From: Ascidiella aspersa | Lineage: Eukaryota | Reading direction: 5' to 3' | DNA length: 64,000 nucleotides | Assembly (NCBI GenBank): GCA_963924565.1 | Contig: OZ004613.1 | Location: 12,958,001 to 13,022,000 of the forward strand | Notes under the pieces: generated by a model | Database searches by the model: none | What the model saw: the letters and a program-made list of their open reading frames with translations, nothing else | Told to the model about the DNA's origin: nothing | Position numbers and translations under genes: made by a program | Shown here: piece by piece, positions 61,701 to 64,000 of the stretch | How positions within the stretch are numbered: position 1 is the stretch's first letter | Layout of the letters: each line of letters begins with the position of its first letter

Positions 61701-63903
61701 TAAGCAAAATTTCTAAATATGTTTTGTAATAGAAATGCTTACTGATTGCGCACTCATCGACGTCGGTGCACACCTGTCCATTGCCGGTGAATCCGTCTAC
61801 GCACATGCAGGTGAACGAGCCCTGCGTATTCATGCATTCCGCATGCTGTGCGTGGCAGTTGTGCTGGTTTAGAGTGCATTCGTTTATGTCTGCGCGAGAA
61901 CAAAATACTGGGTTTGGCTACTGTACTATACTTGGTTCGTTTAACAAACCACATCAACGTTAGTGAAGTCATTGACCGTGGCGCGTAATCCGGACCTTTG
62001 AGGATTGCAGACCTTCAAACAATGTCCCGTTTACTAAAATACAGTGATGAGGTGACATTTTGAGAAAACCGATAAGAGACAAACTCTTCCGCTTGCTAAC
62101 TAGCAGAAGAGTGTTCTTCGTGCTGCCAAAACGTACTCACACAATATAAAAATAGTTAACCGCGTTGACCGGCTCTGAAAAAAATATGCGTAACTTTACA
62201 AAACCCAGCAGTTGATTAACTTAGAACTGTATCTGAATCGTAAGCAAACAAACGAATCACTTTTATACTCAATGATAAACTTTCTATTTATACATATTTA
62301 ACTCTAGCACAAAATATTTATAAAATACATTTATTTTATGTTGTCGCTGTAGTTACGTCCATGGAATTTTATTAATGATTTTTCAATTTACCGAAACTAT
62401 CTTTCCTTACAATGTTGACTTATTAAAATTAGCTGGGCTCTATAACTACTACACTTTAATTTCGGTACTTTCATTTCATCTCTTTTGCTGTAGTTTGAAC
62501 ACTAATAACAATAATTTGCTCTCGGAAGTTTTTTTCCAAAACGTTGAGTGTCGCTATCTGAATGCAATGCCAAGTATCAGACATCCCTATATACTTTGGA
62601 CCATCACAGTTAATAAAAACCAGAGATTATCGCGCTACTGAAAAGTTTGTTATTCTGACAACATCAAACGGCGCGACATACCAATGCAATCCCTGCCTAC
62701 ACCCGCTGTTATGTTTCGGTCAGTGTAGCCAGCTTGACAGGAACACTTGTAAGATCCAAGAAGGTTGGTGCAGTGGGCGTTGATGTCACAGGTGTTTTCC
62801 GACATGGCCAGGCACTCGTTCATGTCTAAAGTATCAAACACGTTACTCTACGATTCAGGCCAAGCCAACAAACTTGCATATTACACAGCCAGCGCCATAT
62901 GGACATAAATGTATTTTGATTGGCGTTATTTTAGTTTCCATTGAAGAATATTTTTATACAGACATGAATAAGTAATAATATTGTAGTTTATTTTTATGAC
63001 TTCTATTTGTGGAGTTCTATAAAGCGCAATTTCTGCCAATTTTTTTTTTACGCCATTATATCAAAAAATATGTGAACCTGTCTTATGTGTCCCGTACACA
63101 AAATAAACGCATTTTTTCGCGCTTGGATATTAGCGCTCGAGTTTGCTGAGAACCGCGGGTGTTTTTAAGGATTAGTAATTTTATGACGTCACGTTATTAC
63201 ATAAATTGTAACGCCGCATCTTAACATTCGCCCCCCCACATAAAAAAAATATTTTTTGGGTTCACCACTCGTGAGACGAACAGGCATTTATAAATATACT
63301 CAACCCTCTTTAATGTCACTTCGCTTTTAGTAAACTATACACAGTCTTTGTGGAACTCAAAATTCAGTATCTTGAAGCATTTTTCGTACCTCCCACCGTG
63401 AACCGTTGTGTGCCTAATCGGCTCTGGTAATTTTGCATGAATACCACAATTTGATTCAGCTCAGCTAACATACAGGTCTCGTTGCAATTAATTCTTGGCG
63501 ACCAGTAGCCTACTGTTGGGTTAGAAGTCGCCGACTTAGCCAACCATTCCTCCGCCGTAAGACTCACTGCAAAAAAACATGTGATTTTGTAAACGATTTG
63601 GTATTTTTGTAAATTGGAATAAATTCTATTGCAATATCCGACCATCTTAAGTATACGGAAAAATGTTAAAAAATAATACTAACATTTTGTCTGAAGCAGG
63701 ATACCTAACCATACAAAAAACATACACTATAAGCGGTACGCATATGTATAATTGTACTTTTTCTCAAATTTATCACATATTATCCACTGTACACAAAAAC
63801 AATCCATCCTATACGAGGTACAATTGGTCGTTTTTGACTCACCGGCTTCGCGAACAAGACAAACGCTCAGTAAGGCCACAATTCCAATTGCCCGAAGCAG
63901 CAT
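49752..63903 (-). CDS. Secreted/cell-surface protein with 17 tandem EGF repeats (mostly Ca-binding) and a C-terminal GPI-signal-like hydrophobic tail, ~838 aa. Exons 63903..63843, 63566..63390, 62825..62682, 61889..61743, 61113..60946, 59815..59655, 58144..57932, 56255..56114, 54901..54686, 53761..53549, 52915..52799, 50509..49752
   Basis: Signal peptide [20 protein letters not shown]. Repeated D[IV][DN]EC...C.N..GS[YF].C.C..G[YF] consensus. All 11 intron phases are consistent (exons total 2517 nt), including one GC-AG intron. C-terminus [32 protein letters not shown]. Confidence 0.92.
53020..53370 (-). mobile_element. Possible highly decayed LINE reverse-transcriptase remnant
   Basis: The minus strand gives VSLCGDDLA (compare SLYADDLA), preceded by a frameshifted GSTP..V...LFI-like segment and followed by a GI*FFLIKT segment. 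Heavily degenerate. Confidence 0.3.
55384..56053. mobile_element. hAT (Charlie/Buster-like) MITE, 670 bp
   Basis: TIRs TAGTGGTTTTCAAC and GTTGGAAACCACTG. Perfect 8-bp TSD ATTTAGAT at 55376-55383 and 56054-56061. Internal GGGGTCGCG motifs. Confidence 0.85.
56865..57580 (-). mobile_element. tRNA-derived SINE-like element (or tRNA pseudogene) interrupted by a MITE
   Basis: Removing the insert and one TSD copy gives GCCTTTGTAGCTCAGTTGGTATAGATCGACGGTTCCGGTATGACCGGAGGTCGTGAGTTCGCATCTCACTGCAGGCTAGTTTTTT. This has an A-box, a B-box, a perfect T-stem GTGAG/CTCAC, an imperfect acceptor stem and a T6 terminator. Confidence 0.7.
56925..57553. mobile_element. hAT MITE (629 bp) inserted in the SINE-like element; contains a second degraded MITE starting at 57086
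   Basis: TIRs CAGGGATGGCGAACC and GGTTCGCCTACCCTG. TSD ATCTATAT / ATCTATAC. An inner CAGGGATGCCCAA end lies at 57086. Confidence 0.85.
58238..58765. mobile_element. Degenerate hAT-type MITE, possibly nested in an older one (~58208..59213)
   Basis: Ends CAGGGGTGTTCAA and GGTTGCCAACCCCTG, with GCGGGCCG/CGGCCCGCGGG subterminal motifs. Putative outer ends CAGGGTGGGGAA and TTCCCCATCCCCT. TSD poor. Confidence 0.5.
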
Positions 63904-64000
63904 GTCGCAATTATTCCCTCGTCTTGCAAAACTGATTTATTTCCACAACCTTTACAATCAAACCTTTCAACTGTCGATGGGAAAATAAAAAAAGGTTTAT

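Noticed and set aside
49752-63903. Calling the EGF gene fibrillin, Notch or uromodulin (FBN1 and ONECUT1 are both on human 15q21)
   Set aside because: The complete model lacks TB/8-Cys, LNR/ankyrin and ZP domains, so no symbol was assigned and the synteny argument was dropped.

Overview
Eukaryotic (animal) genomic DNA with AT-rich introns, GC3-rich exons and spliceosomal introns. Gene content and compactness suggest an invertebrate chordate, most likely a tunicate (inference). I reconstructed five protein-coding loci by hand, checking splice phases: (1) the 3' part of a + strand gene in which a coiled-coil exon splices in frame to an intronless caspase domain lacking its catalytic residues (3..2020); (2) a 4-exon Sulfotransfer_4-type P-loop gene with two apparent lesions (4782..7333, +); (3) a 9-exon NR5A/FTZ-F1 nuclear receptor (8620..19502, -); (4) Onecut/HNF6, transcribed divergently from NR5A, with a 13-kb intron full of GC-rich non-coding islands (31036..47452, +); (5) a complete 12-exon gene for a secreted, probably GPI-anchored protein with 17 tandem EGF repeats (49752..63903, -). 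The introns carry several hAT-type MITEs with 8-bp TSDs, a tRNA-derived SINE-like element split by nested MITEs, and a foldback hairpin. The most notable candidates are the coiled-coil/pseudo-caspase fusion, two miR-9 8-mer sites behind a proximal poly(A) signal in the Onecut 3' UTR, a Onecut-site/E-box cluster in the Onecut intron, and a hidden frame-preserving cassette exon in the NR5A ligand-binding domain. No CRISPR array, rRNA or intact tRNA was seen.
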